Source: Felis catus (Eukaryota). From it: 64,000 nucleotides of DNA. Positions 1-13,843 of this stretch are shown here, piece after piece. Made by a program: the position numbers and the translations under genes. How positions within the stretch are numbered: the first letter of the stretch is position 1; every line of letters starts with the position of its first letter. The stretch is from NCBI RefSeq assembly GCF_018350175.1, contig NC_058369.1, positions 7,318,001-7,382,000 on the forward strand, read 5' to 3'. Under the pieces are notes generated by a model. That model did not search any database. It worked only from the letters and a program-made list of their open reading frames with translations, and had not been told where the DNA came from.

Positions 1-1002
1 AGATTTTGTGCCCTTGATCTACATTTCCTGTTACTTCCACCCCACCTAGCCTTTTGTAAGGATTATTTCACTTAGCAGAATGTCCTTCAGGTGTATCCAT
101 GTGGTTACAAATAACAGGATTTCCTTCTTTTTATGGCTGAATAATATTCTACAATACATACATATCACATCTTATGTATTCATCTATAGATGGACATGAG
201 TTTTTTCCATATCTTGTATATCGTGAGTAGTGTAATTGTCTTACTTTTAAATGTTACACCTTTTAATTTTTCTGATTGTGTATTTTATCCAGCTACCTTA
301 GTAAACTTTAAAATTCTAATTTTTAGGTGTTGTTTTGGTTTGACACATAGGCAATCATATTATCTATAACTAATTACAGGGTTTTTTTTCCATACTAATT
401 CTTACTTTATATATTTTTCCTGATACCAATAGAACAATACTTCCAGTACATTGATGACTAGAAAGTAGTAAAAACAGCATATTTGTGTTTTTCTTCATCC
501 TAATGGGATATGCTTTCCATCTTTACCATTTATTTTGTAGGTTGTTGTAAAGGCTTTTAGTAACCCTATTACCCTACTTCTCATAGTTTGGGTAGGCTTT
601 CTCCTGAATGCCTTCTGAACTTCTTAAATGCATTCCCTTTATTCCTCTAAGATATTTGTTCACTGAAATTATTCAAGTATGTAGAACTGTACCTGCATTA
701 GGTGCCTATTATTTGAATGGATAAATGAATGAATGGAAGCATTTAAAAAAAAATTATGTTTATTTATTTTTGAGAGAGAGAGAGAGAGAGTGCCAGCAGG
801 GGTGGGAGTCAGAGAGAGAGAGTGAGACACAGAATCTGAAGCAGGCTCCAGGCTCTGGGCTGTCAGCACAGAGCCCAATGTGGGGATTGAACCCATGAAC
901 AGTGAGATCTCAACCTGAGCTGAAGCAGATGCCCAACCAACTGAACCACCCAGGCACCCCAAGAAAGCATTTTAAAAAATCAACAAGGTATACCTTAGTA
1001 GA

Positions 1003-4000
1003 AGATGGCAGCATAGCAGGAGGATGCTCAGCTCGTTTTGTCCTTCAAACACAACTAGGTAGCTACCAAATCATTCTGAATACCCCACATATCAACCTGA
1101 AGTCTGACAAATAAACTCCACAACTGAAGGGAGAGAAGAAGCCACATGGAAGAGGATAGAAGGGGGGAGACATGGTTTGGGGAAATGGATCACAGATGCT
1201 GTGATCACACAGAAGGGGGAGAGGGCAAGAGAGGAGGAGCACATAAGGGAACGCAAGGGAGAACATTTCCCCAGAGCCATTGGCTAGGAAAATGAGAGGG
1301 GCTGATTTTTGTGAGTTTCTGCAACTAGTGGAGCTTAAAGACTGGAGGCTTTTTTTTAATGTTTATTTGAGAGAGTGTGTGTGCAAACGGGGTAGGGGCA
1401 GAGAGAGAGAGGGAGAGAGAGAACCCCAAGCCCAAGCTGTTAGTGGGGCTCGATCTCATGAACCATGAGATCATGACCTGAGCCAAAATCAAGAGTCATG
1501 TGGATAGGTCTCTTAGGATAAAGAAAGCAAAAGCAAAAATAAACTAGTGGGACTACAATGAAATAAAAAGGTTTTGCACAGCAAAAGGAATGATAAACAA
1601 AATAAAAGGCAACCTAGGGAATGGGAGAAGATATTTGCAAATGATATATCTGATAAGGAGGTAACGTTGAAAAATATAAAAATATAAAAAGAGCTTATAC
1701 AGCTCAACACCAAAAAACTCCAAACAATCTGATTAAAAAATGAGTAGAGGATGGGGCGCCTGGGTGGCGCAGTCGGTTAAGCGTCCGACTTCAGCCAGGT
1801 CACGATCTCGCGGTCCGTGAGTTCGAGCCCCGTGTCGGGCTCTGGGCTGATGGCTCAGAGCTTGGAGCCTGTTTCCGATTCTGTGTCTCCCTCTCTCTCT
1901 GTCCCTCCCCCGTTCATGCTCTGTCTCTCTCTGTCCCAAAAATAAATAAACGTTGAAAAAAAAATTAAAAAAAAAAAAATGAGTAGAGGTGCCTGGATGG
2001 CTCAGCTGGTTGAGCATCAGACTCTTGATTTTGGTTCACGTCATGATCCTAGGGTTGTGGGATTGCACCCATGTCAGGCTCTGCACTGAGCATGGAACCC
2101 AACTCATCCTCTCTCTCTCACTCAAAAAAAAAAAAGTTTAAAAAGTGGACATAGACATGTTTCCAAAGAAGATATATAGATGGCCAACAGAGACATGAAA
2201 AGATGTTCAATATCAATAATCATCAAAGAAATGTGAATCAAGAATGCCTGGGTGTCTCACTTGGTTAAGCATCTGATTTTGGTCATGATCTCAGAGTTCG
2301 TGAGTTTGAGCCCCACTTCAGGCTTTGTGCTGACAGCTCAGAGCCTGGAGCTTGCTTCAGATTCTGTGTCTCCCTCTCTCTCTCCCTCTCTCTCTCTGCC
2401 CCTCTCCTGCTTTTGCACTTGCTCTCTCTCTCTCAAAAATAGATAAACATTAAAAAAAAAGAAATGCAAATCAAAGTCACAATGAAATATCACCTCACAC
2501 CTGTTAGAATGGCTAAAATAAAAAATGCAAGAAACGGGCACTTGGGTGGCTTAGTCAGTTAAGCGGCCAACTTCGGCTCAGGTCATGATCTCATGGTACA
2601 TGAGTTCGAGCACCACATGCGGCTCTGTGCCGACAGCTCAGAGCCTGAATCCTGCTTCAGATTCTGTGTCTCCCTCTCTCTCTGCCCCTCCCTTGCTCAC
2701 ACACTCTCTCTCTCTCAAAAAAATAAACATCAAAAAAATTGTTTTAATGCAAGAAACAACAAGTGTTGGTGAGAATGTGGAGAAAAAGGAACCCTTGTGC
2801 ATAGTTGGTAGGAATGTAAATTGGTACAGCCATTGTGGAAAACAGTATGGAGGTTCCTCAAAAAATTAAAAACAGAAATACCATATGATCCAATAATTCT
2901 ACTAGTGGGTAGAATTCCCCACACAGGGAAAACTAAAACACTAATTTGAAAAGATGTGTGCACCCCTATGTTTATTGCAGCATTATTTACAATGGCGAAG
3001 ACATGGAAGCAACCTAAGTGTCCCATCTATAGACCAATGGATAAAATAATGAGGTATACATACACAATGGAATATTATGCAGCCATAAAAAAAGGATGGG
3101 ATTGTGCCATTTCAGACAACATAGATGGACGCAGATCGTATTATGCTAAGTAAAATAACTCATACTGATAAAGACAATTATCATATGATTCTCTCATAAA
3201 TAGAATCTTTAAAAAAATGAAAAAGCAAAATCAGAATCATAAATACAGAAAACAAACTGTATACACACACAATGGAATGTAAGTCAGTAAAAAAAAAAAA
3301 AAATGAGATCATGCCATTTGTGATAACATGGATGGACCTAAAGGCATTATGCTAAGTGAAATAAGTCAGATAGAGAAAGAGAAATACCATATGACCTAAC
3401 TTACACATGGAATACAAAAACAAAAACAAAACAAGAAACAAACTGAAATACAGAGAACAGGTGTTTGCTGAAGGGGAGTTTGAAGGGAGATGGGTGAAGC
3501 AGATAAAAGAGATTAAGAGATACAACCTTCTACTTATAAAATAAATAAGTCACAGAGATATATAGTATGAGGAATACAGTCAAGAATTTGTAATAACACT
3601 GTATGATGACACATGGTAGCTGCAATTATTGTGGTGCACATCAAGTAATATGCAGAATTGTCAAATCAATATGTTGTATGCTTGCAACTGGTATAATGTT
3701 GTATGATAGTTATACTCAATAAGAAAAAAATGAAGGCTGAGTGATATAAGGAAGGAAATAACAGAGCAGAAAGACATGAAATAATGACTAAAAAGACAAT
3801 ACAAATGATCAGTGAGACCCAGAGCTCTCTCTTTTGAAAGATAAACAAAATTGACAAACCTTCAGCTAGACCCATCAAGAAAAAGAAAAGACTCAAATGA
3901 GAAATGAAGAGGAGGGGCACCTGGGTGGCTCAGTTGGTTAAGTGTCTCTTGGTTTTGGCTCAGGTCATGATCTCACAGGTTCATGAGATCAAACCCTGCA

Positions 4001-6916
4001 TCCTGCTCATGCCGATAGGGCAGTGCCTGGGATTCTCTCTCTCTCTCTTTCTCCTCTCTCAAAATAAATAAACTTAAAAAAAAAAAAAAGAAATGACGAG
4101 GAAACAAAAATATACCACAAAATATACCACATATACCACAGAAATACAAAGATTCTTAAGAGACCACCATAAACAATCATATGCCGACAAATTAGACAAC
4201 CTGGAAAAAAAAAAAAAAAAGGTTGAATTCCTAGAAATATACAACCTACCAAGATTGAGTCATAAAGAATTTAAAAATCTAACAGATCAAGATTGAATCA
4301 AGAATCAAAAACATCCCAACAAACAAGAGTCCAGGATCAGCTGGCTTCACTAGTGAATTCTAACACTTAAAGGAGAATGAATTCCAATTCTTCTTAAGCC
4401 TACACAAGACAGAAGAGGAGGGAACACTTCTAAGTTCACTTTATAAGACCGACATTATCTTGATACCAAAACCAAACAAGGGTGCCACAAGAAAAGAAAA
4501 TTCCAAGCCTATATTCCTGATGAATAAAGATGAAAAATCCTTCAATAAAATTTCAGCAAATTGACAATATAGTCAAAGGATCTTACTACACAATGAAGTG
4601 GAATTTATTCTTAGGGATGCAAGGATGGTTCAACATTGCAAATCAATATAATACACCACATTAGCAAAATGAAGGGTAAAAAGCATATGAATTACTATCT
4701 TGTGCACCTGAAAATAATATAGCACTACAGTAACTGAAATTAAAAACTTTTTAAAAAATCACAAAAAAGGGCACCTGGGTGGCTCAGTCACCTAAAGTGT
4801 GACTTTGGCTGAGGTCATGACCTCACCGTTCTTGAGTTCAAGCCCCACATCAGGCTCTCTGCTGTCAGCACAGAGCCCGCTTCAGATCCTCTCCCTCTCT
4901 CTCTCTGCCCCTCACCCACTCATGCTCTCTCTCAAAAATAAACATTAAAGGGGCGCCTGGGTGGCTCAGTCGGTTAAGCGTCCGACTTCGGCTCAGGTCA
5001 TGATCTCACGGTCCGTGGGTTCGAGCCCCGCGTCGGGCTCTGTGCTGACAGCTCAGAGCCTGGAGCCCGTTTCAGATTCTGTGTCTCCCTCTCTCTCTGC
5101 CCCTCCCCTGTTCATGCTCCGTCTCTCTCGGTCTCAAAAATAAATAAACGTTAAAAAAATAATAAAAAATAAATAAACATTAAAAAAATAAGAAAATCAA
5201 TTTAAAAATCACAAAAAATCCATATGATCATTTTAATAGATGCAAAAAAAAAGCACTTAATAAAACCCAACACTGATTCATGATAAGAATTGTCAACAAA
5301 GTGGGTATACAGGGAATGTACCTCAACATAATAAAGGCAATTTATGACAAGCCCATAAATACCATCATACTCTGGGAAAAGCTGAAAGTGTTTCCTGTAA
5401 GATCAGGAAAAAAGCAGCAACTCCCCACTCTCATCACTTTTATTCAACATAGTATTGGAAGTCCTAGCCAGAGCAAGAAAAAATAATGCATCAATACTGG
5501 AACAGAAGAAGTAAAAATGTCATTATTTGCAGATGACATGATAGGATGTATAGAAAACCCTACAGACTCCACCAAAAAACTATTAGAACTAATAAATGAA
5601 TTAAGTAAAGTTGCAGGATGCAAAATACATATACAAAAATCTATTGTGTTCTACACACTAATAATGAATTGTTAGAGAAATTAAGAAAACAGTCACATGC
5701 ACAATTGCATCAAAAAGAATAAATTACCTAGGGGCGCCTGGCTGGCTCAGTCAGTAAAGCATGCAACTCTTGATCTTGGCGTTGTGAGTTTGAGCCCCAC
5801 ACTGGGTGTAGAGATTACTTAAAAATAAAATTTTTTTTTAATTTTTTAAATGTTTTTAAATTTATTTTTGAGACAGAGAGAGACAGAGCATGAACAGGGG
5901 AGGGGCAGAGATAGAGGGAGACACAGAATCTGAAGCAGGCTCCAGGCTCCAAGCTGTCAGCACAGAGCCTGATGTGGGGCTCGAACTCACAGACTGTGAA
6001 ATCATGACCTGAGCCAAAGTCGGATGCTCAACCGACTGAGCCACCTAGGTGCCCCCAAAATAAAATATTTTTTTAAAAAGAATAAAATACCTAGGAATAA
6101 ATTTAATGAGGGAGGTGAAAGACCTGTATGGTGAAAACTATAAGACAGTGATGAAAGGCACTGAAGACAAAGAAATGGAAAGATATTACATGCTCACGGA
6201 TTGGAAAATATCCATACTATCCAAAGTAATCTACAGATTCAATGCAATCCCTATCAAAATTCCAATGGCATTTCTCACAGAAATAGAATAAACATTCCTA
6301 AAAATTGAATGGAACCACAGAAGACCTTGAATAACCAAAGCAGTCATGAGGCAAAAGAACAAAGCTGGAGGTATCACACTTTCTGATTTCAAACTGTTAT
6401 CAAAATTATACAGAGCTAGAGTAATCAAAAAAAATACGTATGGTAGGGGCGCCTGGGTGGCTCAGTTGGTTGAGTGACCGACTTCGGCTCAGGTCATGAT
6501 CTCACAGTCTGTGAGCTCGAGCCTCACATCGGGCTCTGTGCTGACAGCTCAGAGCCTGGAGCCTGTTTCAGATTCTGTTTTCCTCTCTCTCTGCCCCTCC
6601 CCCACTCATGCTCTGTCTCTGTCTCAGAAATAAATAAACCTTAAAACAAAAACAAAAACAAAAACGTATGGTATAGACACATGCATCAGTGGCACATAAT
6701 AGAGAGCCCAGACATAAACTCATGCATTTTTGGTGAATTAATTTATGACAATGGAATTAAGAACATACAACAGGGAAAGAACAGTCTCTTCTATAGATGG
6801 TGTTGGGAAAACTGGACAGGCATGGGTGAAGAAGTGAAAACGGAGAAAAAAAAAAGTGAAAATGGACCACTATCTTACACCATATACAAAAATTAACTCA
6901 AAATGGATTAAAGTCT
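1003..6916 (+). mobile_element. Fragmented carnivore L1 pieces (5' UTR stub, ORF2 3' end and 3' UTR, then ORF2 middle) with >10 SINEs
   Basis: aagatggc... 5' end at ~1003. ORF2 peptides such as [34 protein letters not shown] and [12 protein letters not shown]. Confidence 0.88.
1753..1979 (+). mobile_element. Young cat SINE (representative; near-identical copies at ~11262, 14892, 17431, 24407, 41535, 42650, 55159)
   Basis: ggggcgcctgggtggcgcagtcggttaagcgtccgacttcagccaggtcacgatctcgcggtccg... with TSD aaaaatgagtagagg. Confidence 0.93.
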
Positions 6917-7619
6917 TGGGGCGCCTGGATGGCTCAGTCGGTTGAGCGTCTGACTTTGGCTCAGGTCATGATCTCACGGTTCATGGTTCAAGCCTTATGT
7001 CAAGCTGTGTGCTGACAGCCTGGAGCCTGCTTCTGATTCTGGGTCTCCTTCTCTCTCTCTCTCTCTGCCTCTCCCCCACTCATGCTCTGTCTCTCAAGAA
7101 TGAATAAAAAAATTCATGTTAAAAATGTTTTAAAAAATGTTAAAAAAAATTTTTTTAATGGATTAAAGACTTGAGTTTAGGGGCACCTGGGCGGCTCAGT
7201 CGGTTAAGCATCCAACTTCAGCTCAGGTCATGATCTTGCAGTTCATGGGTTCAAACCCCATGTCGGGCTCTATGCTGACAGCTTGGAGCCTGGAGACTGC
7301 TTCTAATGCTGTGTCTCCCTCTCTCTCTGCCTCTCCCCTACTCATGCTGTCTCTGTCTCTCTCAAAAATAAATAATCACTAAAAAAAAAAAAAAAAAAGG
7401 TTAAGGGGCACTTGGGTGGCTCAGTCGGTTAAGCATCTGACTTTGGCTCAGGTCATGATCTCACAGTTCATAAGTTCAAGTCCCGCCTCGGGCCCTGTGC
7501 TGACAGCTTGGAGCTTGGAGCCTGCTTCGGATTCTGTGTCTCCCTCTCTCTCTGTCCCTCCCCTGCTTGCTCTCTCTCTCAAAAAATGAATAAACATTTA
7601 AAATTTTTTTTTAAATATC

Positions 7620-10600
7620 AAGAGAGAGAGAAAAATCAAAACCAGGAAAAATTAGTTCTAGTTTTGGAAAAGATGAAATAAACACAATTTGGCTCATCTG
7701 TCCCACCGAGTGAAGGAAGGTATAAAAAGCTTGGACACAATGCCTGGAACAGCTATTTGAGGAATCCAAAAAAAATAAATAATTGCAGGTAGACTGATGA
7801 AAAACCTCAGATTTCAAAGTACCACCAAACAGGCAGCAAATTTACCAGTTTTCCCCCCTCTGGTATAACCTGGCCTGGACTCAATGCAGTTGAAAATCCA
7901 CAAGTAGGTATCAGCAACAACAGACCTTGTTCCCAAAGATGCCCTCAGCTCTTGGCACGAGCAGTAGGTAGTCAGGCTCTCAGTCTTAAGTGAGAGAGAC
8001 AAATACCAGTTTTTGTTTTCTGCATTTTTTTATACCGCAGCCTTCAAGACATCTTGTAGCAGCCGTGAGACACACCAAAGACCTTGAGAACTGGACCATA
8101 AGCTAGATGACCCTCTAGGTAGAACGGCTTCTAGGTAGAGACATACAGAAAGCTGCATAGGTTGTGAAAATTCACATTGAAACCACAACCCGCAGAATGC
8201 AGACTGAAACTCTTGAGCTGATTCTACCTGGTCAGTTGCCCGGTAAAAGAAAGAGACCGCATTCTCTATAGGATTTAAAGGCCCAGAGTGTCAACGTATT
8301 AAAAATGTCCAGAATATAATCCCAAACCAATCAATTATATGAGCAACAGAGCTTGGGCTTGTGTATGACAAGAGTGTAGTATAAGTACGTGACAGTAAGG
8401 GTTTTTTTCATTGTAATGTAAGTGCTTGAATTTGTGAATCACTCTGGGCTTGCTCCTTGGTCTGTGCTTTGCCCTGCAAGAAAAGGGGGATAAAAGGGGC
8501 ACCCGAGTGGCTCAGTGGGTTAAGCATCTGACTTCAGCTCAGGTCACAACCTCATGGTTCATGAGACTTTAACAAGGTCTCTCCAATTTGGGACGCTTAA
8601 CCAACAGGACCACCCAGGTGCCCCTCAAAAATTCTTCTACACCCAGAAGAGAAATGGGGGTTTCAGGGCAAACAGTGCCTCCCAAATTGGAGAATTACAA
8701 GCAACTGAATCACAGCATTCTAGATAGAAACCAATGACCACAAACCTCTATGGCAACAAGTACCAAAATAGAGAACACTGAACTGTAACAGACAAATTGG
8801 TGGAGGCCAGCAAGGCAAATCTGACAGGTAAAAATTCCAGTTATTGACAGCACATCCCACCCCCACCCCCCATTTGTGGATTTTACCTGTAGGAGCTCAA
8901 GCAGCTTCTCACCACAAATATTGGAGAAAAATTCCCTCAAACTTCTGGAAGGGTGAAGGTAAAAGGAATCACGTTGTTAAACGCCAGAGCATCCTAACCT
9001 TCTTAACGAGGTCGGCCCTCACGAGAAACTATTTAACCGGAGTCTGACCTGCCGGGGATTTATGGGAGCCTAACTCACCTGCAGGAAGGGATAGACACAA
9101 CTCCACCCCCAGATAACCTGCACGTGGGAGAGGGAAAACACCTCCAGCCAACTCCAGCAATCCCATCCCACCAAAGAGGGAGAAAAACAGGACCACGTGT
9201 GAAATTCACAATTCAGAGGCAAAACGTCACCAGAGAATGAGATCTACTCATAGGTCTATACAGTGCTTCCCTTTCCACCAAACCTTACTACTATCACATA
9301 GCTAAAGTCTTACTTACGGCAGTTTTGTTTACCTAGTTGTTTATAATCAACTATGGAAAAAATGTAAAACACACTAAAGGGAAAAAATACATTTTGAAGA
9401 GATGGTACAAACGTCAGAACTAGACTCAGAGATGGCAGGCATGTTGGAATGGTCAACCTGGGAATTTAAAACGACTGTTACTAAGATGCTATGGTCTCTA
9501 ATGGATAAACTAGACAGAATGTGGAAACAGTCAGTATTTACAAAATCCACAAATACTTCATTATAAGAAAATATTCTGAATCTTGAGTCTAACTTTGAAA
9601 TAGGAAACTTCCTGTAAAAACACATCTCGCGCACACTGACTTAAGATGAAACTGGAAACCACAGCAGTCCTCAAAAACATAACACCATCTGATGCTTGCT
9701 TCAAAATCATTCCAAGAAAACAAACCACAATAACTGGTGACAGCTACTCCAGATGCAGATAATGTAGCCAGTGAATTTTCTCTTGTATGAAAGAAACCAT
9801 TCTGATCATATGGAAATACTTTTAAAGTTTATAAAAACGGGGAAGCACCTGGCTAGCTGTCAGAAGATCATGTGACACTTGATTTCTGGTGGTGAGTTTG
9901 AGCTCCATGTTGGGTATAGAGATTACTTAAATTAATACAATATTAAAAAGGGGTGGGGCGCCTGGGTGGCTCAGTCGGTTAAGCGGCCGATTTTGGCTCA
10001 GGTCATGATCTCGCAGTCTGTGAGTTCGAGCCACTCATCAGGCTCTGTGCTGACAGCTCGGAGCCTGGAGCCTGTTTCAGATTCTGTGTCTCCTTCTCTC
10101 TTACCCTCCCCCATTCATGCTCTGTCTCTCTCTGTCTCAAAAATAAATAAACGTTAAAAAAAATTTTTGTTTAAGGGTAGGGGAATACTCCTATGTTCAC
10201 ATAAAAAACAGATGGAGTAAGAAAAGAATATTACATACTAATGTTAATCAAACATACAAAAACCTCTAAAATACCAGTACATAGAGTACATTCCAAAAAT
10301 TTTTAAATATGGGACATCTGGGTGGCTCAGTCATTAAACGTTCAACTTTGGCTCAGGTCATGATCTCACAGTTCGTGGGTTCAAGCCCTGTGTCAGCCTC
10401 TGTGCTGACACCTCCCCTCCAAGCTTGGAGCCTGGACCCTGCCTCAGATTCTCTGTCTCCCTCTCTCTCTCTGCCCCTCCCCCACTCTCTCATACTCTCT
10501 CGCTCTCAAAAATAAACATTAAAAAAAATTTTTAAAGAAATTTAAAAATATAATTCTTCAGGGGTGCCTGGGTGGCTCAGTTGGTTGAGCGACCAATTCT

Positions 10601-10730
10601 TGGTTTCACCTCAGGTCATGACCTCACAGTTCATGAGTTCAAGCCCTAAACTGGGGTCTGAGCTGGTGGCACAGAACTTGGTTGGGATTCTCTCTCTCCC
10701 TCCCTCTCTCTGCCCTTCCCCCACTCATGC

Positions 10731-10761
<31 letters not shown>

Positions 10762-12530
10762 CTCTCTCTCTCTCAAAATAAATAAACTTAAAAAATTGTA
10801 ATTCTTTATGTCCAAGTTGTGTTTCCCTAGAATTACAAGGTTGCTCTAACATTGGAAATTCAATCAATTCACCACATTTGTTTTTTTAAAGAGTCCTTTT
10901 ATACATTTATTCATTCAAATACTGGGTATCTATCATAGGGAGGCACAATTCTAAGGACTTCAATTAGATCAGGGAACAAATTTCATCATTTCAGAGGAAT
11001 CAGAGGAATGCACATAATTAACTCAGTGATCATTCATGAGAAAGCCTCCCTAAACTACGAAAGATAAAACTTATAACAACATTAAAGCAAATGGTAAAGA
11101 TGGAATGTATATCCCATTGATATTAACGAGAGGTATGCCGATTTAATGACTTCCAGTCATTATTTTTCTGGAGATTTTATTTAGTCAGTAAAACAAGAAA
11201 AAATACAAATGATCTAAGGATTGAAGTGGAAAATTAAAACTGTCTTTATTTAAAATGATGCGGGACGCCTGGGTGGCGCAGTCGGTTAAGCGTCCGACTT
11301 CAGCCAAGTCATGATCTCACGGTCCGTGAGTTCAAGCCCCGCATCAGGCTCTGGGCTGATGGCTCAGAGCCTGGAGCCTGTTTCCGATTCTGTGTCTCCC
11401 TCTCTCTCTGCCCCTCCCCCGTTCATGCTCTGTCTCTCTCTGTCCCAAAAATAAAATAAAAATAAAATAAATAAATAAAATAAATAAATAAAATAAAATG
11501 ATGCAATTGGGGGCGCCTGGGTGGCTCAGTCGGTTAAGCAGCTGACTTCGGCTCAGGTCATGATCTCGCGGTTTGTGAGTTTGAGCCCCGCGTCGGGCTC
11601 TGTGCTGACAGCTCAGAGCCTGGAGCCTGTTTCAGAGTCTGTGTCTCCCTCTCTCTCTGACCCTCCCCATTCATGCTCTGTCTCTCTCTGTCTCAAAAAT
11701 AAATAAACGTTAAAATGATGCAATTGCCTATGTGGGAAACCCAAAAGAATACATAAAAATAAGAATTTTTTTAATTAAAAAATTGGTTTTTTTAATGTTT
11801 TATTTTTGAGACAGGGGCATGAACAGGGGAGGGTCAGAGAGAGGGAGACACAGAATCCGAAAGAGGCTCCAGGCTGAGCTGTCAGCACAGAGCCCGACAC
11901 GGGGCTCGAACTCACGGACCGAGAGATCATGACCTGAGCTGAAGTCGGCCGCTTAACCGACTGAGCCACCCAGGCGTCCCAAAAATAAGAATTTTAAAGA
12001 AAATTTAGCAAGGCTGCTAGATATATTTCAATATATAAAGACCACCTGCATTTTGTATACTGACAATCAGAAAATCTAAATTAAAATGTATGAAATACAT
12101 GTGTGATAAAATTATACTAAGAAAAATTTTTAAATGCTTAACACTAGATCTAAAACCCTGCACAGCTTTTGTGGGGAGAAAATTACAAAATATTGAACCC
12201 CTTTTAAGAAAACTTAAATGGGGAGAATCATCTTGGTCTTGGATTGGAAAGTCCGATACAAAAAATACTGCAATTCTTGGGCACTTGGGTAGCTCAGTTG
12301 AGCACCTAACTCTTGAGTTTGGCTCAGGTCATGATCCCAGGGTTGTGGGATCAAGCCCCAAATCAGGCTCTGCATTGTGCATGGAGCCTGCTTAAGATTC
12401 TCTCACTCTCCCTCTGCCCCTCTTCCCTCCTTGCATTCTTTCTCCCTCTCTCTAAAATAAATTTTTTTAATTAATTAAAAAATACTACAATTCTAAAAAT
12501 GATTTAGATTCAGCAAATGTCTAATCAAAA
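7620..12530 (+). mobile_element. Old L1M fragments with many SINEs
   Basis: A-rich, diverged L1 5'-region and ORF2-like patches interleaved with Can-SINEs. Confidence 0.55.
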
Positions 12531-12829
12531 GTGACCAAGTAGGGGCGCCTGGGGGTTCAGCCAGTTAAGTGCCCGACTTCGGCTCAGGTCATGATCTCAC
12601 GGTTCCTGGGTTCAAGCCCCACATCTGGCTCTGTGCTGACAGCTCACAGCCTGGAGCCTGCTTTGGATGCTGTGTCTCCCCCTCCCTCTGCCCCTCCCCT
12701 ACTCACAGTCTATCTCTCAAAAATAAATAAATGTTAAAAAACATTTTAAAAAAGTGACCAAGTATTCTTGGAGAACCAAAAAACAAACAAAACCCCAAAA
12801 CCTGATACACAAATATAAATGATCCCCCA

Positions 12830-13807
12830 CAACTTCCTGATAATAAAAAAGAACTGCACAATGCAAGGACTAGATCATTCTATCTTCCAATTAAACTGGC
12901 TATCTGTAAGCCATCAGGGACATAAAAGTTTTAACCAATGTCCTTTCGAAGAGCCTTGAATTGTGTATTTTCTTTAATGTTTACTTATTTATTTTTGGGA
13001 GTGAGAGAGAGCACAAGCTGGGAGGGGCAGAGAGAGAGGGAGACAGAGGATCTGAAGCAGGCTCTGTGGGAGAGCCTGATGCGGGGCTCAAACCCATGAA
13101 CTGTGAGATCATGCCTTGAGCTAGAGTCGGACTCTTAGCTGACTGAGCTGCCCAGATGCCCCATCAAACTGTGTATTTTGAGAAATGAAATGTGTGCCTT
13201 GGTTACTATTAGTAATGTCAATAACATCAAAGGAAATGCGGAGTGACCCGACAAGACTGTGTATTGTGGCCTCCAATACATGCAGAGATATGTAATTTAG
13301 GTATCTGTGAGGCAAGAGATTCCCAGAGTTCTTGGCCCTGAAGAGGTCAATTTTTAGGCAATGGCTCAACAGTTCATAATAAACATTTATTCACCAGGAT
13401 ATCCAGAGCCAAGATGACTGCCTGAGATTTGGCCGGGTGCAATGTTTCTCAGGATCCTTAAGTTTATTTATTTATTTTGAGAGAAAGAGAAGAGAGCAGG
13501 GGAGGGGCAGAGAGAGAGGGAGAGAGAATCCCGACCAGGCTCTACACTGTCAGCACAGAGCCCGAGGTGGGGCTTGAACTCACAAACTGTGAGATCATGA
13601 CCTGAGCTGAAACCAAGAGTTGGATGCTTAACAGACTGAACATTCCAGGAGCCCCATGGAGTCCTATTTTTTATTAGCAACATCCTGGTTAAGAGATGGA
13701 AATTGGTAACATTCTACTGTGCCCCATCACATATGATGGTTAGCAGTGGAATTCATATAGTCCATGAACTCTCATTACTGTTTACTACCCAGGTAGCCAA
13801 GGGATAG

Positions 13808-13843
<36 letters not shown>

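Noticed and set aside
1753..1830. tRNA-like sequences (A and B boxes) at many positions
   Set aside because: tRNA-derived SINE heads, each followed by a SINE body, tail and TSD. No standalone tRNA gene was seen.
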